Assembly (NCBI GenBank): GCA_964016885.1
Contig: OZ024740.1
Span: 119,846,001-119,910,000, forward strand
Direction: 5' to 3'
DNA length: 64,000 bases
Source of the DNA: Eledone cirrhosa
Lineage: Eukaryota
Below the pieces are notes generated by a model, which was not told the DNA's origin, searched no databases, and saw only the letters and a program-made list of their open reading frames with translations. Shown one piece after another: positions 13,023 to 27,065 of this stretch (positions are counted from its first letter, which is position 1; each line of letters starts with the position of its first letter). A program made the position numbers and the translations under genes.

Positions 13023-16000
13023 TGGCTATAGATACCAATTGTCTGGTATCTATAGCCGAAGACGTTGGATGGTGGACAAATCTTCACTGGTTTTGAAAAG
13101 TCAATTTGATACTTGAAAAGTTGACTTATAAACAATACTTTTTATACTTTGATAAAATACAATTTGTAAAATATATATGTAATTGTTTAACAGTAGATTT
13201 GATATATCAGATATTTTATACACAGACTTTTAAGTAATTAGATACTGATAATGTATATTTAATTGGAAATAAAATTAGCCCAATATATATTGATCTATGG
13301 TGCTAATAATTTACCTAGATGATCAGATGTTTCAAAGATAGACAAACAATTAATCTAATGATTCACATATAGGAAGATAATACTTTTTTTTTCTTTAATT
13401 TCTAACTTCTGACAAAACAAGATAACACTCTTAGTTCTCATTAGTTTTATTTTACCTATCCTCAATAAACTGATATCTCTTATATAAACATAATTATTCA
13501 CCAAATAAATGACTGTTTAAATCGATTCTGACAGAATTGAAACTATAGTAATACTTTGAGTTTTCAGACTCAGGGTACTGTGTTACTAAGCAACAGTTAT
13601 AAGCTGTTCAACAACACAATTGTGGTCAGCTTGAATTTCATTCTTTTTATCCTATAGGTTCATCAGATTTAAATGGGTGTGAAGCCATGTCAGAATAAAT
13701 GATTGGCAAATTGAAATAGAAATTTTATTCTTAAAATAATGTCATAACCTTAACTGCTTGGTATTATTGATTATCTTTGCAAATATTGGCTGAGAGGTTA
13801 TTGCTTACGACAACAGATCAGCAGAATATATTCCATCTTCTGACTGGTTTACCTTTTAATCTGATTACTGACTGTAGCCATTTCTTTTTGACAATTCAGA
13901 AAGGAATAAACAGCACAAAATCTTATTTTCTTTCCTCTATAAATTTGAAGCTCTTTTCCACTGTCAGAAATCAATCTTCCAAATAACTGATATTATCTAG
14001 AATTTAGTATTACATTCCTTGTTTGGAGTTCTAGTAGATTTTTATGAAGCAAGAAGTTCTCTAAACTACTGTCATCATGTGCAATCGAGTATGACTTGGT
14101 AGTATGTACTATGTTTTTGCCAAGCGTTTTAGGGGCCTATGCAATCATGAGCAGACACAGACATCCTCTTGAACCCTCCTACCTACCCTTGATTCAGCAA
14201 AATATCTGGTATGTGACAGCTGGAAACAGAGAATGCTGTGGCAACACTGGGTTGACACATCTTTATCAAGCAGAGTAGGATGAAAAGTAAAGCAGGATTT
14301 GAACTCAGAGTGCAGGGGACTGGTAGAAATAATGAGCACTCTAACAATTCTGCCCTATCAACCTTTTGTTCAGTGAATTCGTATAATACATACTGTTTTT
14401 GTTGTTGTTGTTGTTTTTATTAGCTTTATTAGAAGGAAGAACAGCTGCACTTGTGATGCTTCGCAACACCTCTAAGATTGAAGGTAGGAAAGGATTAAGT
14501 TATCCTCAAACCAAAAACCTGGCCCAATTGATTGCAAGAGTAAATACACCTACCCCACTCCGAGGGCTAGGTGGTGGTGTTAAATCAACCAAAAGATTAA
14601 GTTAGCATGCAAAAACAGGATGAGTCACTCTTACAGGTTTCACATGATAGTGAGTTGTAGAATAACTGACCACTGCATTGTGAGTGAATTTGGTATACAA
14701 AATCTGTTACTTGGTTAGCCAGGGCACGTGGCTATGTTTTTGTCATAAAGATCTGTTTCGGATTGATTTTCTATGGCTAGATGTCCTTCATAATGCCACC
14801 CAAATGGCTCCATCACTACCACTTTACAGATTGAACGGGATGCTTTTCATTATGACACCAGGGTGACCATCAAAGAGGGGGAACTGGATGCTTTTTTCAT
14901 GGTACCTACATGACTGCTTTACAGGCTGGGCTGGGCTGGGCTGGGTGCTTTTTGTCATGGCAATGATGTTATCACATTACCAGGTGAACTGAGTTCTATG
15001 ATGTGGCACCAGTATGATCATCTTACATGGTGAACTGGGTACTTTTCGTTGTTGTGGCACCAGCATTACACTTGTACAAGGTGGAGTGGGTGATTTTCTC
15101 ATGGCACCAACACTACCCTTGTGCAGAGTTGAGTGGGTGATTTTTCTCATGGCACCAGCAGTGTGAGAGAATAGGTGTGGAGTATGTCCAGCTTCCCATG
15201 TGTGCATGCATATGTTGGACAGGAAAGATATATCATGGGTGTGGATGGAGTACATCAACATAGTCATTAGACATCTACTTCCCTCATACTCATCTGAGCA
15301 TGCTCCCCCCATGTCCCACTCTAAGACTAGGCCAGGAAGGAGATCAAATCTAGTTTATACATTCTATTTTTGTTTTGGCTTGATCTCTTCACTCGGATGC
15401 TCTTCTTAGCCCTAACCAGGAATGTTGTCATGGTACAAGGTGGGGCTTGTCTGGCTTTCCATGTTGGCATGGCATCATAGTATATTAGTAACAGTTTAGC
15501 TGGGCTAGAAGTGAGCTGAAGGTAATGGTAACTATCTTTCCATGGTGGAACAAGCTGGTCGGGGAGAGGGGTAGCGGATTCTTTCCAGGATGATGGGATG
15601 AGTGTAGGGGAAGGACTGGCTTTATATGATGGCAGGAATTGTTGGATGTGCAAGGTGAAGAACTTAGTTAATGAAGGGACATGAGTATTAAGATAGGGGA
15701 GGTGTAGAGGTGTATGAGCATCATTGGTACATCTTGTATGAGTCAGGAGGTGGGTCTTCTGCATATGGTATATTGCCATAGAACTCCTTCTTGTGTCATA
15801 TACTTTGAGAGGTTTAATTGTGTGAGGTCAGTTTTACCATATCATCCCAAGCTTTCCTAGGTTTTCCTTATTTGTGGTAACCAACAACTTGGAGTGCCTT
15901 GCAGCTTTTATGAAGCTGTTATCCTCGATATGCATCAGGTATCAATACCAACAGAGTTTCCTCTCCTACACACATCATATGATACCATGTATACCCAGTT

Positions 16001-16035
16001 TCTCTTTTAGTTCATTGATGTTTGTGGTAGTGATA

Positions 16036-16085
16036 TTAGCAGCAGTAGTAGTAGCAGTGGTAGTAGTAGTAGTAGCAGCAGCAGC

Positions 16086-16131
<46 letters not shown>

Positions 16132-16288
16132 ATAGTAGTAGTAGTGGTGGTAGTAGTAGTAGTAGTAGTAGTGGTGGTAGTAGTAGTAGCAGTAGTGATA
16201 GTAGTAGTAGTAGTAGCAGCAGCAACAGTAGTAGTAGCAGCAGCAACAGTAGTAGTAGTAGTAGTAGCAGCAGTAGAAGTAGTAGTAA
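16036..16288. repeat. (TAG/CAG)n trinucleotide microsatellite
   Basis: Direct inspection. Confidence 0.97.
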
Positions 16289-17409
16289 ATACTTATGTTC
16301 ATTTGATTTGCTAGACTTAACAGTTAAATCACCTTCAAATCCCACCTCACCATTGTAGAAAAGAGCATATTGAAAATACTATCCTGACTTCCCTGCTTAT
16401 AAGATGAAAAATATGGGATGGTCATGACTGAATAGATCAGGGCTGATCTTGAGTGAAACAATAAAAATAGCTTAACCATTTGATACCAACCTGTCTAAAA
16501 CTTCCCTGGGTTTATGACACAAAACTACACATTTTAAATTGTTTATACTTATATTAAGTGGAACCCTGGCAGCACACAAACAAAAGCTGTTAAAAGAGTG
16601 GATAAACTACTCGAAGTCAAAGGCCATCCACCCCAACAATGGGTCAAATAGCTCCAATTGGTTAAGCATGGCTACATCCCTGACATGACCAAAACAAAGC
16701 GAAAGTAAGGAAGTCAACAGGAGTGAGAAGGCACTGGATTGTATTGGACTTTATTAAAATGTTCCATCTTAATCTTATTTTAGATAATTTTGGTAAGGAA
16801 TGTTCTAGATATCAGCTTATCATTGAAACACCTGGTTATTTTATCAAAATCCTCCAAATGTTGGTTATTTTCAAAATTAATTTAACATAATCAGTGCACT
16901 ACATTTGGAACACAGTAATAAAAGGGTTAAGGAGAAAGAGTGTGGTCAATTAAGAGAATTCCAGAATATTACTGATATTTAGCTTATTAGCTATCTATAT
17001 ATATAAAATTGAGGTTGTCTGTCTGTCTGTCTACTAAAACGGTTGGCACACATCTCCTCTTAAACCGTACGTTCAAATTTCGGTGAAATTGCTACACTTA
17101 TAGATGAAGGTTCGGCGGAGACATCGGTCAAAAACTTTTCAAATCGACCCACGCCAATTGCAAAAATAGAATTTGTAATGTATTGACTTTTCAGTTCAAA
17201 TGTATAAATAGAGATGAAAGACGAGTTATTTCCTTTTTATGGCGTCATTTGTTTATCTATTTACGTTACGAACAAACTACGCGTACAAAAATACGCGAAC
17301 AGTTTTCGGGCCAGCAAAATTTTAACCTGCAAAATTCATGAGTTCGAAGTTTCAACATTAAGCTTCAAATTTAGCTTCATTTCCATTAAAAAGTTTTAAA
17401 AACAATATT

Positions 17410-17720
17410 TCAGCGCATCAGCCTCGCCATCACCCGAGGTAACGCTGCGAGAGTGCTGGCTTGTCTCAAAATTATAGAGGTTGCCCAGTACTCGCGACGT
17501 TGCTGTCTTTTGCTCTGGTGTTGGCTCCGTTGTTCACCCCTTCCTTTACATTTTCTTTAATATTGTAGCATTGAAGGAATATATCTTTCATTGAATCATC
17601 CTTTGTAGTGTTACCGAGGCATTTGTAATGTTATTTATGTATATATTTAAAATATATTTGTTATGTTATTCTACTGTAAATTTATTTATATTTTCATTCT
17701 CACTACCCTCAAAAATCTAT
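17410..17720 (+). pseudogene. CRE-clade LINE 3' fragment nested in Helitron
   Basis: Translates QRISLAITRGNAARVLACL; the UTR resembles the 40.4 kb copy. Confidence 0.72.
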
Positions 17721-17934
17721 GAAACTACATACATGTTGAAACTCTCTCTTTCTATATATATATCACACACACATATACATCTAAAGAGAGAAAGGGAAAT
17801 GTAAAGAGAGAGAGTGAGATAGGTCGTTATACAGAGAGAGGTACAAGATAATCAGATAGAGAGACAGAGAGAGAGAGAATCGTGACGAACGCTGGTTCAC
17901 ACAAAAACACATATATATATATATATATAAAGAC

Positions 17935-17971
<37 letters not shown>

Positions 17972-18426
17972 CGTTCTCCATTCTGTAGAGGAAGAGAGAG
18001 AGAGAGGGGGTATGAGAGAGAGAAAGAGAGAGAGGGTATGAGAAAAAAGGGAGAGGGGTTGAGAAAGAAAGAAAATTTAAGCAAAGAATCGCTTCTTTCA
18101 ACATTAACGGGATCTTCTTAAACTAATAAATTCAATCTGTGAACGCAGAATTAAATATTTCGAGAAACGGTGCAACCGAAGGAAAACAGGAAGACGATAT
18201 TTTGGTTCGTGAAGACGTTCCCTGGTATTGAACGGAAAAAACCGAGGATAATACGTCGTTATGTGGATCGAGAAGAACAATTTCATGCAAAGACGAGACC
18301 AAGTTTATGGTGTAAATGGAGTCGTTAGACTAATATTCTATTTAAAATAACCGAAAGATTTCCAGCCCCGGAGTTTAAGAATGATGTAAATAAAATTGTA
18401 AACGAAAATGACAGAGGTTATTAAAA

Positions 18427-18540
18427 TAGTTGTTTCTACTTTTGGCTCGAGGCCAGCAATTACCCAGTACATTACTGGTACTTTATTTTATCGACCCCGT
18501 AAGGATGAAAGGCAAAGTTAACCTCGACGGGATTTGAATT
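18427..18540 (-). mobile_element. SINE family A, truncated, nested in Helitron
   Basis: Reverse complement of core and tail. Confidence 0.82.
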
Positions 18541-20759
18541 TGCCTTAAAATAGTAAAAGTAAATAGTGAAGATTTAGGCCAGTACATACGTATGCGCCGA
18601 CGGACATACACATACATATACATACGCACACACAAATACACACACACACGCGCATATATTCAACATTTCTACAGTATTTTCACCAAACTTAAGACATAGG
18701 TTACTTATGTACTCCGGATGGTCATGGGCACTTTCATTTTTCCAGATATTGATTATAGGGCCTCCCGGAAGATAACCCCCTTTGACCACTTCCTTGGAGT
18801 CGACTGAAGCACTCAGTGCAATGCAACAAAACGTCATAACTTCTGGAGTTCGCAACCGATTTTCACAAAACTTGACACATGGACTACGTTTGTTCTACAG
18901 ATGAATGTGAACTCTCAGAATTGGCACATATTGAGTAGGGGACCCCTGGGGGCAGAAACCCCCTTTTATAAAAAGCCGATGATTTTGTAAAAGTATAGTT
19001 TTCCAAGCAGCACTTAAGTATTGACATAAATGGTATACATAACTGGTATTTAATACCCGAACAACGCCGAGTACCTCTGCTAGTAGGTGATAAAAGTCAA
19101 GTACAACAGTAGGCATATTTGGAAACAGAACACTAAGGTATCATATATCAAATGACATGCTTAGTCTGCCTCTTCTTTTCCACTACCAATCTTATAAATA
19201 AGATGAAACTGTTATCAAAGATATCAAATAGCCAACTAATTTCTTTAAAGTATTTAGTTTGATGTCTTGCAGCACAGGAAGGATGGTTTGGTCTTTCATC
19301 CAAACAATATCAATGAAACAAGTACCAATATGTGATTAAATTGTGCAAACTGACCAGAAGGATAACCATTTTTATCAGCAGTGTTTTGATGCCATTGTGT
19401 TCAAAGGTTAATCATAATAATACATAGTTTGGATCTCGTCTAGTATTCTGAATTTCCAGGATGACATGAAAAAAAAATATGGCTTTCATTGTGATTTTCA
19501 AAAGCTATAGTTTTAAACATTGTCATTTTATAGCCTATCAACAGTTATCTAAGCAATGTACATTGTTTTGATAATATATTGAAGAAGAACCATTACATAT
19601 ATATGTTACAATAAAGCATCAGGAACACAAAATATACAATATACACAAATATGCATATGTACAAATATCCACTATAGAATATATACATAGATGCAATGCT
19701 CATGTGTGATTACACATATTAATATAGATATACTCAACAATGTATACATTTAACTATCCTCTATATAATACATACACATAGAATAGAAAAATGTTCATGT
19801 ATATTTACACATACTAGTATAGATATGCACATCACTTCACATATAAATATCCAATAAACAGTACATACATATAGATAATTTCCATGTATATTTACACATA
19901 TTAGTATATCTATACACAACAATGCACACATATATAACTTCAGGTCTACACATTGTGCACATGTAAATAAGTGCTAGTGGAATTAGTGAGACAGTGATAT
20001 ATAACTCCTCAACACTAACCAACTGAAAGTTATGCAAAAGTTTATATCCACAAATTAGGATATGGCACATAGTATAGACAAAGAAAGTCTTGTCATAAAT
20101 ATATTACATTATAAGTTGAAACATATGGCTTTGCTGTCCAAGAACAGAACAGAAATAGTTGGTAAATGTTAAAGGCAGAAACATCTCCAAGCCACAATAG
20201 TGCAATAGAAAATGTTGGTTGCATTAAGCTTGTGTAGAAGATATTACCAATATATTCAACATTTCAAACAATAATGAAGTATTCCCTTCCTATGAGGCAT
20301 GATGTTAGTAGAAATAATGCATAATAAAATTTGCAGAGAGGCTTGTCCTGATGAATAGACCAACAACACCATTCATTCTGATTGCATTCAGAAATTTAGT
20401 TACAGAGAATGGTAAATCATTTAAATATAACAAATAGAAAGAAACAAACTAATCTTGTTCAAACAACTGTCACATCTCACATGATGTTGCAATTATATGA
20501 AAAAAAGTGTTCATAAATAGTGAGAACTGTAACTAAGCTCCCTAGAAACACAGAGGTAAACGAACTTCTCAGTTTCTGTCTCCAAACTTCCAATCGGCAA
20601 CTATATGATTGGAATTTGGTAGACAGGAATTCAGCAAAAACCTATTATATACACATACACACATGCACTACTATTTAAATATATAAGTATTGTGAAAACA
20701 AGCATAACAGATTCAACAAATATTGTCATCATAATAATAATATTAATAATAATAAATAA

Positions 20760-22221
20760 GCAGTTCTGCATGAGACAGGGATTGGGTACAATCTTGAGGG
20801 AGAGGGTCCTTTATTAAGTCACTTGCTGTTCATTGATGATCTTTTTTGATAAGAATGAAAATCAGATTGATTCATTGGTTCAGACTGTTCAACACTGCTT
20901 TAAGGACATTAGAATGGAATTTGGAGTTAGAAAATGTGCAGTTTTGTCTAAGAGACAGGATTTAGATATCTTGGTGTTTTAGAGGTTGAGGAAATCCTTG
21001 ATGGTGAGATGAAACAACTAGACAAAGAAACTTACTTCAGAAGAGTAGGGCTACTTGTAAAGACAAAACTAAAAGCACAAAAGTTGATGACAGCTATAAA
21101 TTGTTGGGCTGTAGCAGTAGTGAGATACAGTGGGACATTCCTCAATTGGAAAAAGCAGGAACTAGAAAACATTTACAACATGATCAGGGTGATGTTGGTA
21201 GACATGGGCACAATCTGTAAGGGTGCAAATGTTTTGAGGTTGTATGAGTCAAGAACGAATGGTGGGAGAGGATTGATTGCAATAGAATAATGTGTCACTG
21301 CAGAGAGGAGAGGCCTAGACTCTTATGTTGCAAAGAGCAAAGAGATACTACTCAAATACGTTTCCAAGACAAATAAATTAGTGAAAGAAAACATGTAAAG
21401 CAAAGAAGACTACAAAAAAAAAGAGTTGAAAAGGAAAAGCATGAATTGAGAGCGTCAATGCATTTGCACTGCCAATTTGAAGAACACACTAAATACCTGA
21501 AAACTGAAGGATCATGGGATTAGTTGGAAAGGGGTGATAAGAAGAGAGAGATGGGAGTTTGTTTTTAGCCTGCTCAAGATCAAGCCCTAAGCACCAACTC
21601 AATGAAATGGTTACATGGACAAAGTGCTTATGACAAATGTAGGTTGTGTGGATCAAAAAGTGGAGAATATAACACACATTGTAAGTGGCTGTACTTTGCT
21701 TGTGCAAAAAGATTACATTGGTTGCTTTGTCAGAAATATGGATTCAAAGTGGAGGAGAAATGGTACCGCCATGAACTGGAGAGCGTAATTGAGAATGACA
21801 AAGCAAAGATAATGTGTGATCTGACTGTGCAAACAGAGTTATTGAACACCAGAGAACTGACATTGTCATGATTGAAAAAATGAAGAGAAACTCCTGGTTA
21901 ATTGACACTACAGTACCTGGATATCAGAGAATTGAAGAGAAAGAATGGGAACAGATAATAAACTATTCAGAGTTGACAGTAGAAACAGCTATGTTGTGGA
22001 ATGTGTCAACAAAGGTAATTCCTGTTGTTATTGGTGTACTGGGATTAATACCAAAGAAATTAAAGAAGAAATCTGAGAACTTGGAATAACACCTAACATT
22101 TCCTGCCTGCAAAAATCAGCTCTTCTTGACTCAGCCCACATCCTGCAAATGGCACTAACTATCTGAGGTCACCAGTTTGTTTACATCTCTCAGTTGAAAA
22201 CAATGATGCAAAAGTGAAATA
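20760..22221 (+). pseudogene. Decayed R4/Dong-clade LINE (RT C-half, CCHC, restriction-like endonuclease)
   Basis: SHLLFIDDL, MEFGVRKCA, AINCWAVAVVRYSG, RLYESRTNGGRGL, CRLCG..HIVSGC, WLIDTTVP, VIPVVIGVLG, LQKSALL. Flanked by (TAA)n tracts. Confidence 0.85.
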
Positions 22222-22246
22222 TTAATAATAATAATAATAATAATAA

Positions 22247-22441
22247 TGATTTCTACTATAGGCACAAGGCTAACAATTTGGGGAGAGGGGAAAGTCAATT
22301 AAATGACTCAGTGCATTACTGCTCCTTTATTTTATCGATCCCATAAGGATGAAAGGCTAAGCTAACCTCAGAGGGATTTGAACTCAGAATGTAAAGGGCC
22401 GTCACTCTGCATGGTGTCTGACACTACTGATACTGCCAATC
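22247..22441 (-). mobile_element. SINE family A variant
   Basis: Reverse complement of head and core; tail abuts (TAA)n. Confidence 0.75.
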
Positions 22442-22570
22442 ATGGTTAGAAAACCTGACATTGTTGTCATTGAAGAGAAGAATAACAAGGCAATTATTGT
22501 GGATATTGCCTTGGGACCACAGGGTGAAAGGAAAGTGAGAAAGTTGAGAAATACTAAGAAGAAGAATAAG
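22441..22570 (+). pseudogene. Second small restriction-like endonuclease fragment
   Basis: RKPDIVVIEEKNNKAIIVDIA matches the PD-(D/E) REL motif. Confidence 0.6.
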
Positions 22571-23383
22571 AAGATATGATTGACTAAGTTCTTGAAGAAG
22601 GTGCTCCAGGAGGGTTGAAGTCTACTGAATGAAATCAACAAAATAATATATACTTCTGAGTGATATTTGTGATATCATTGTTACTTTTGAAACTTTAATC
22701 TAACATTCATTGACATATTTTTGTTAAACAGAACGTAAATCTGTAACTGTTAGATTTTTCCAGAGGATCTTAGCAACATAAGCAATAAATAGATAAATAA
22801 ATAAAATAACTACAGCTGGAAATTGGATGTCACAAATTCTACTTAGTATGGGGTTTTATCTGTGTTCTTTGTAGATATTTATATATATGACTAGATATTA
22901 TTAACTTTTTTATCTCATTTCTCTCAACTATATTGTTTGAATTATAGAATTTTATAAATAGCTTATTATGTCTCAAATTACATGTAAATAAACCAATAAA
23001 TGGAAATATTAATTGTATTATTAATATTGCTTGTCTTTGTTTTACTTTTGATAATATGATTGAATACTAAAAATATTGTATGCTATCCACTTCATGTCTT
23101 TCTTTGCAATTCTGCAATGATGCATAACTTTGTTTACAGACCGTTTTTCCTACAAAAAATTCAGTCTGTTGTTTATGCTTAGTATAGAACAATACACATT
23201 AATAACCATAATCTTGTCTCTGATATTGATACATTGGCCTCTGGCTGATTGATTGATCAATTTAGGATATGTTTTCTTAGTTAGAAACACCAATTAACTT
23301 ATCTGCAGGGTTTGTCTACATAGGTGGTGTGTCAGTAGGGAAAAATAAAAAAAACTCTCTCTCTCTCTCTCACACACACATAC

Positions 23384-23438
<55 letters not shown>

Positions 23439-23564
23439 GATCAGTTTTATAAACAAATATTGACATACCCTTAAAAAATGCGACCATGTCGGTTGGAAAA
23501 CTTATCTATATATATATACATATGTATACATATGTATACATGTATACATAAATATATATTATAC

Positions 23565-23635
<71 letters not shown>

Positions 23636-23944
23636 GGTGTAGAAAAATTACCAATAGTCCTGAAAATGTCTAACTAGCAGTTCAATGAAAGATTGAGTAA
23701 TATCGTATATAGATTTGAAAGTTTTATATCTCCCCACTTGTTTAAAAAAAGAAATGTAACAACATTACATTTGAAGCAAAGGTTACTTCTCTGGGAAGTA
23801 ACTTTCAATTGTTAACTGGAACATTCCTTATTCTTTAAGCTATTTAATATATATTGTGAAATGCATGAGCATCATAATTTCTCATTTATCTTCCCTTCCC
23901 ATGAAAACAAATTTCTATTTCATGTTTATTTCTATGTATGTATA

Positions 23945-24255
23945 GACTTATAACTCCTGAAGAAAACATAGAGGAACTGTATTTACATATGGTGTTTCTA
24001 GGGCATTTTAAAATCCGGCAGAGCCCAATTTTCTCCAGGTCTGAATCCAGCAGATTTCTTCCAGTGAAAGAGAATGAGAGAATGGAAGTAAGAAAAAGAT
24101 ATAGATGAAGAATCGACTCCACTTCTAGATTGTTACTTTTTTCATCAACCTTCAATGGATAAAAGGCAAAATTAACGTCATTAGAATTTGAACTAAGAGA
24201 GCAGAGTCAGAACCTCAAATAATTGTGTCCAACACTTTAACGACTCTGCCAATTT
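23945..24255 (-). mobile_element. Third copy of the extended SINE-A-derived element
   Basis: SINE head/core followed by CCTGGAGA..GGGCTCTGCCGG..TAAAATGCCCTAGAAACACCATATG, as in the 12.2-13.0 kb pair. Confidence 0.72.
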
Positions 24256-24451
24256 GCTGATTCCATACTACTTTAGGAAACAGGAAATCTTGAAAAATCT
24301 AAGTTACGACTTCTAAAGGTTTATGGTATGGAACAATATACAATTAATATTTAATGCTTCTAGCAAAAAAATAATTTTCTCTTGATATTGAAAATATAAA
24401 TCAAATGCGAATTCAAAAAGTATCACTTTCATTTGGTTTCTGGTTTATATA

Positions 24452-24720
24452 TTGGTCTAGTGGTAAATGTGTTTGTCATGTAATCATAACATCATAGGTT
24501 TGATTCCTGGACTGGTTTGTGTATTGTGTTTTTGAGCAAAAAACTTCATTTCATGTTGCTCCACTCAGCTGTAAATGAGTACCAGCATTAGCTAAGGGCT
24601 TAACACTGTGATTGTCTGGCATACTGTCCAGGGGTTAGTCTTGAATGCTCAGTCACTTAATGTCACGTAAAACCAGGATAAGCAGCAGCCTGATGAGCGT
24701 CAGGGCTCGAGACAGACTTT
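24452..24720 (+). mobile_element. SINE family B variant, diverged
   Basis: TGGTCTAGTGG, GGTTTGATTCC, TTTGAGCAAAAAACTTCATTTCA, CACTCAGCTGTAAATGAGTACC. Confidence 0.65.
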
Positions 24721-26739
24721 AGAATTTTTGCTTGATGAGATCATGTCTAGAGAAGAGCATAATTCTAAAGTATATCTAATATTAACATGATGTGGCTGAA
24801 ATAACACAGAATGGGAACTGGATAAAGTATTGTATTATCTTTTGAATGTTATGCTGAGATTTCATTGTGCTTCTAGACAAGTACTGTGGCTGGGATAATA
24901 TAAATGTAGTGCTTGTGTTTCGATATAGTTCCTCCATTTTTCTTTCAAAGGTATACTATTAGCTGTTGAAACTTATACATTGATTAGAGTACATTTTTTT
25001 CTTTTTATAGTCTTTGGCAATAATATCTGAGGAATTTCCCTTAGTCGTCTTGTCACTGTAAATCACCTCAACTCAGATTAAGGTAGCTGTCATCTTGAGA
25101 AAACGTTTGCAATGTGTTTGCAACAATCCAATTTCTGTACGTATATGTACAACTTCTAATAAACCTCAAACCAATCGTTCAACCTGCTAGAAATAACAGT
25201 TAGACATCTTTCAAAGAAAATCCTTCCATATTAAAATTGTAGAACATATTGTATGACGTCGATATTACACTGCCTGAAAATTAGAAAGTATGGTCGTAGC
25301 TAAAATGAAATTATAAGTCTGTTTACTCAGAACTGACTCTGTGCTAAAGAACACATTTTATATGTCTGTTTACATGCTTACCTTTGGCTAAGACTAAGCA
25401 GTTAAAAGCAAGGTAATTGATTGTTCCTTCCCAACGTTCACTTATTCTGCTTCAGTATACATTTTAAACTTAAAATAATTAAATCATTTGCGCTATGGTG
25501 TAGTATGTCATTTCACTCTTTCATATCACTTGAATGAACTGAAAAATAAGAAATTAACTCCTATTCTCCATGTTATATCCAATATTTTTCTTAATTGAAA
25601 ATGTCTTCTATAATTGACTATTGGCGAAAAATATTACAAGTTTTCAAAATAATTGTGCTTGTGTTGTTTGTTGTGTTACTTGTCAAAGAAACATGTGTTC
25701 TGTAGTAGTTTCCCATATGCCTAGTCAATAATTTAATATGTATATCTTTTTATTTTGAAGAATTTGTCCTGATATACAGATTCTTATGATACTCTGAGAC
25801 TTTTTTTTATATATGCATTTCCACTTCTCTCCTAGAAATAATTTCAATATTTTATCAAGTACAATTGAGCAATGGTTCCAGGCAAATATATAAGGAGTTA
25901 TTCAGCCAATGGCAAATTCAGAATACTAATTTTTCTATCAAGTACAATACTCTAAACCTGGATGTGAGAACAATAATTGACTTCACATCCAATGCAATTC
26001 ATCTACACCATCATCATCATAATCATATGAAAAAAATAACACTTGCAGACTCTTTTCTGTGCAATAGCTATTCTATTTAGAATTCTCTTCAATATATTCT
26101 TTCGTTCCTTTACAGGTTTGAATCATTAGACTACAGGCGTACTGGGGCACCATCAGTTTGTTACTTATTCTAATTTATTTAAAGTTCTAAGTTATGTGAC
26201 ATGATAGGACATGGTGGGACATGATGGGACATAACATAAAGAGCACCAGTAATTTTTTTACACTGGAGTAAACATAGAGGTAGGGGACACATACACACAC
26301 ACATGCACATATATCATCATCATCATCATTGTTCTATATTTTACATGTAATACCATGGTGTGTAAAAACAAGTGATAAATAACACAATGGTGTGTAACAT
26401 GGTGTATAATATTATCATCATCATCAATATCATCATGTCTTTGACAGCACTGAGGGGGCTGCCAAACCTTTGTGTTATAAGCTTTCTATTGATGGATGCC
26501 CTTCCTATCACCAACACTAAAGAGGATGTTGCCCCATTGATGTAACCAAAGCGTCCTTTCAGCCATTTTGTACAACCCTTCCTATTGCCAACCACCTTAC
26601 TGGGTGTACTGGGATCATTTTTTGTAGTACCCACACTAGGGATGTTGTCTATTATTGTACAAACTGAAGTGCCCCCTCTTCTCTGAGAGGGACAAAGAGG
26701 CAAGAGAAAATAAATTAGGTATTGATTTATGGATGTATA

Positions 26740-27065
26740 GCGATGGTGTGTAATATTATGTGTAATATCATGGTGTATAATATTAATGCATGTAAAATCA
26801 TCATGTATTACACACCATGGTATACAATATCATGATGTGATCATTGTGTGTAATATCAAAATGTGTAATATGGTGTGTGATATAATGGTTTGTAATATTA
26901 TGGTGTGTGTTATCATAGTGTGTGTTATTGTTGTGTAATACCATGATGAGTAATATCATGGTGAGTAATATCAGGGTCTGTAATATCATGGTGTCCGATA
27001 TGATGGTGTGTAATGTTATGTGTTTAATATCTTGGTGTGTAATATTATGAAATGAAAATATGTGA
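26740..27065. repeat. Degenerate minisatellite of ~13-15 bp units (ATGGTGTGTAATATC-like)
   Basis: Repeated GTGTAATAT(C/T)ATG motifs. Confidence 0.75.

Larger units (their letters stand above)
16994..19083 (+). mobile_element. Non-autonomous Helitron with nested insertions
   Basis: A|TCTATATATATAAAA start with (GTCT)n. Subterminal hairpin TACCCGAACAACGCCGAGTA (19054-19073) and CTAG|T end. Could be two adjacent elements. Confidence 0.75.

Noticed and set aside
14760-15165. CRISPR-like repeat-spacer array
   Set aside because: Eukaryotic context, degenerate whole-unit repeats derived from a retroelement tail, no unique spacers and no cas genes.
15874-16345. Poly-V/L/Y ORFs
   Set aside because: Translations of the (TAG)n microsatellite.
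24688-24716. Hammerhead from CTGATGA-GC..GCTCGAGAC
   Set aside because: Lacks GAAA and stems I/III; it is an ordinary SINE tail.
25011-25082. Plus-strand coding exon with strong acceptor
   Set aside because: Stops in all three frames and a weak donor.
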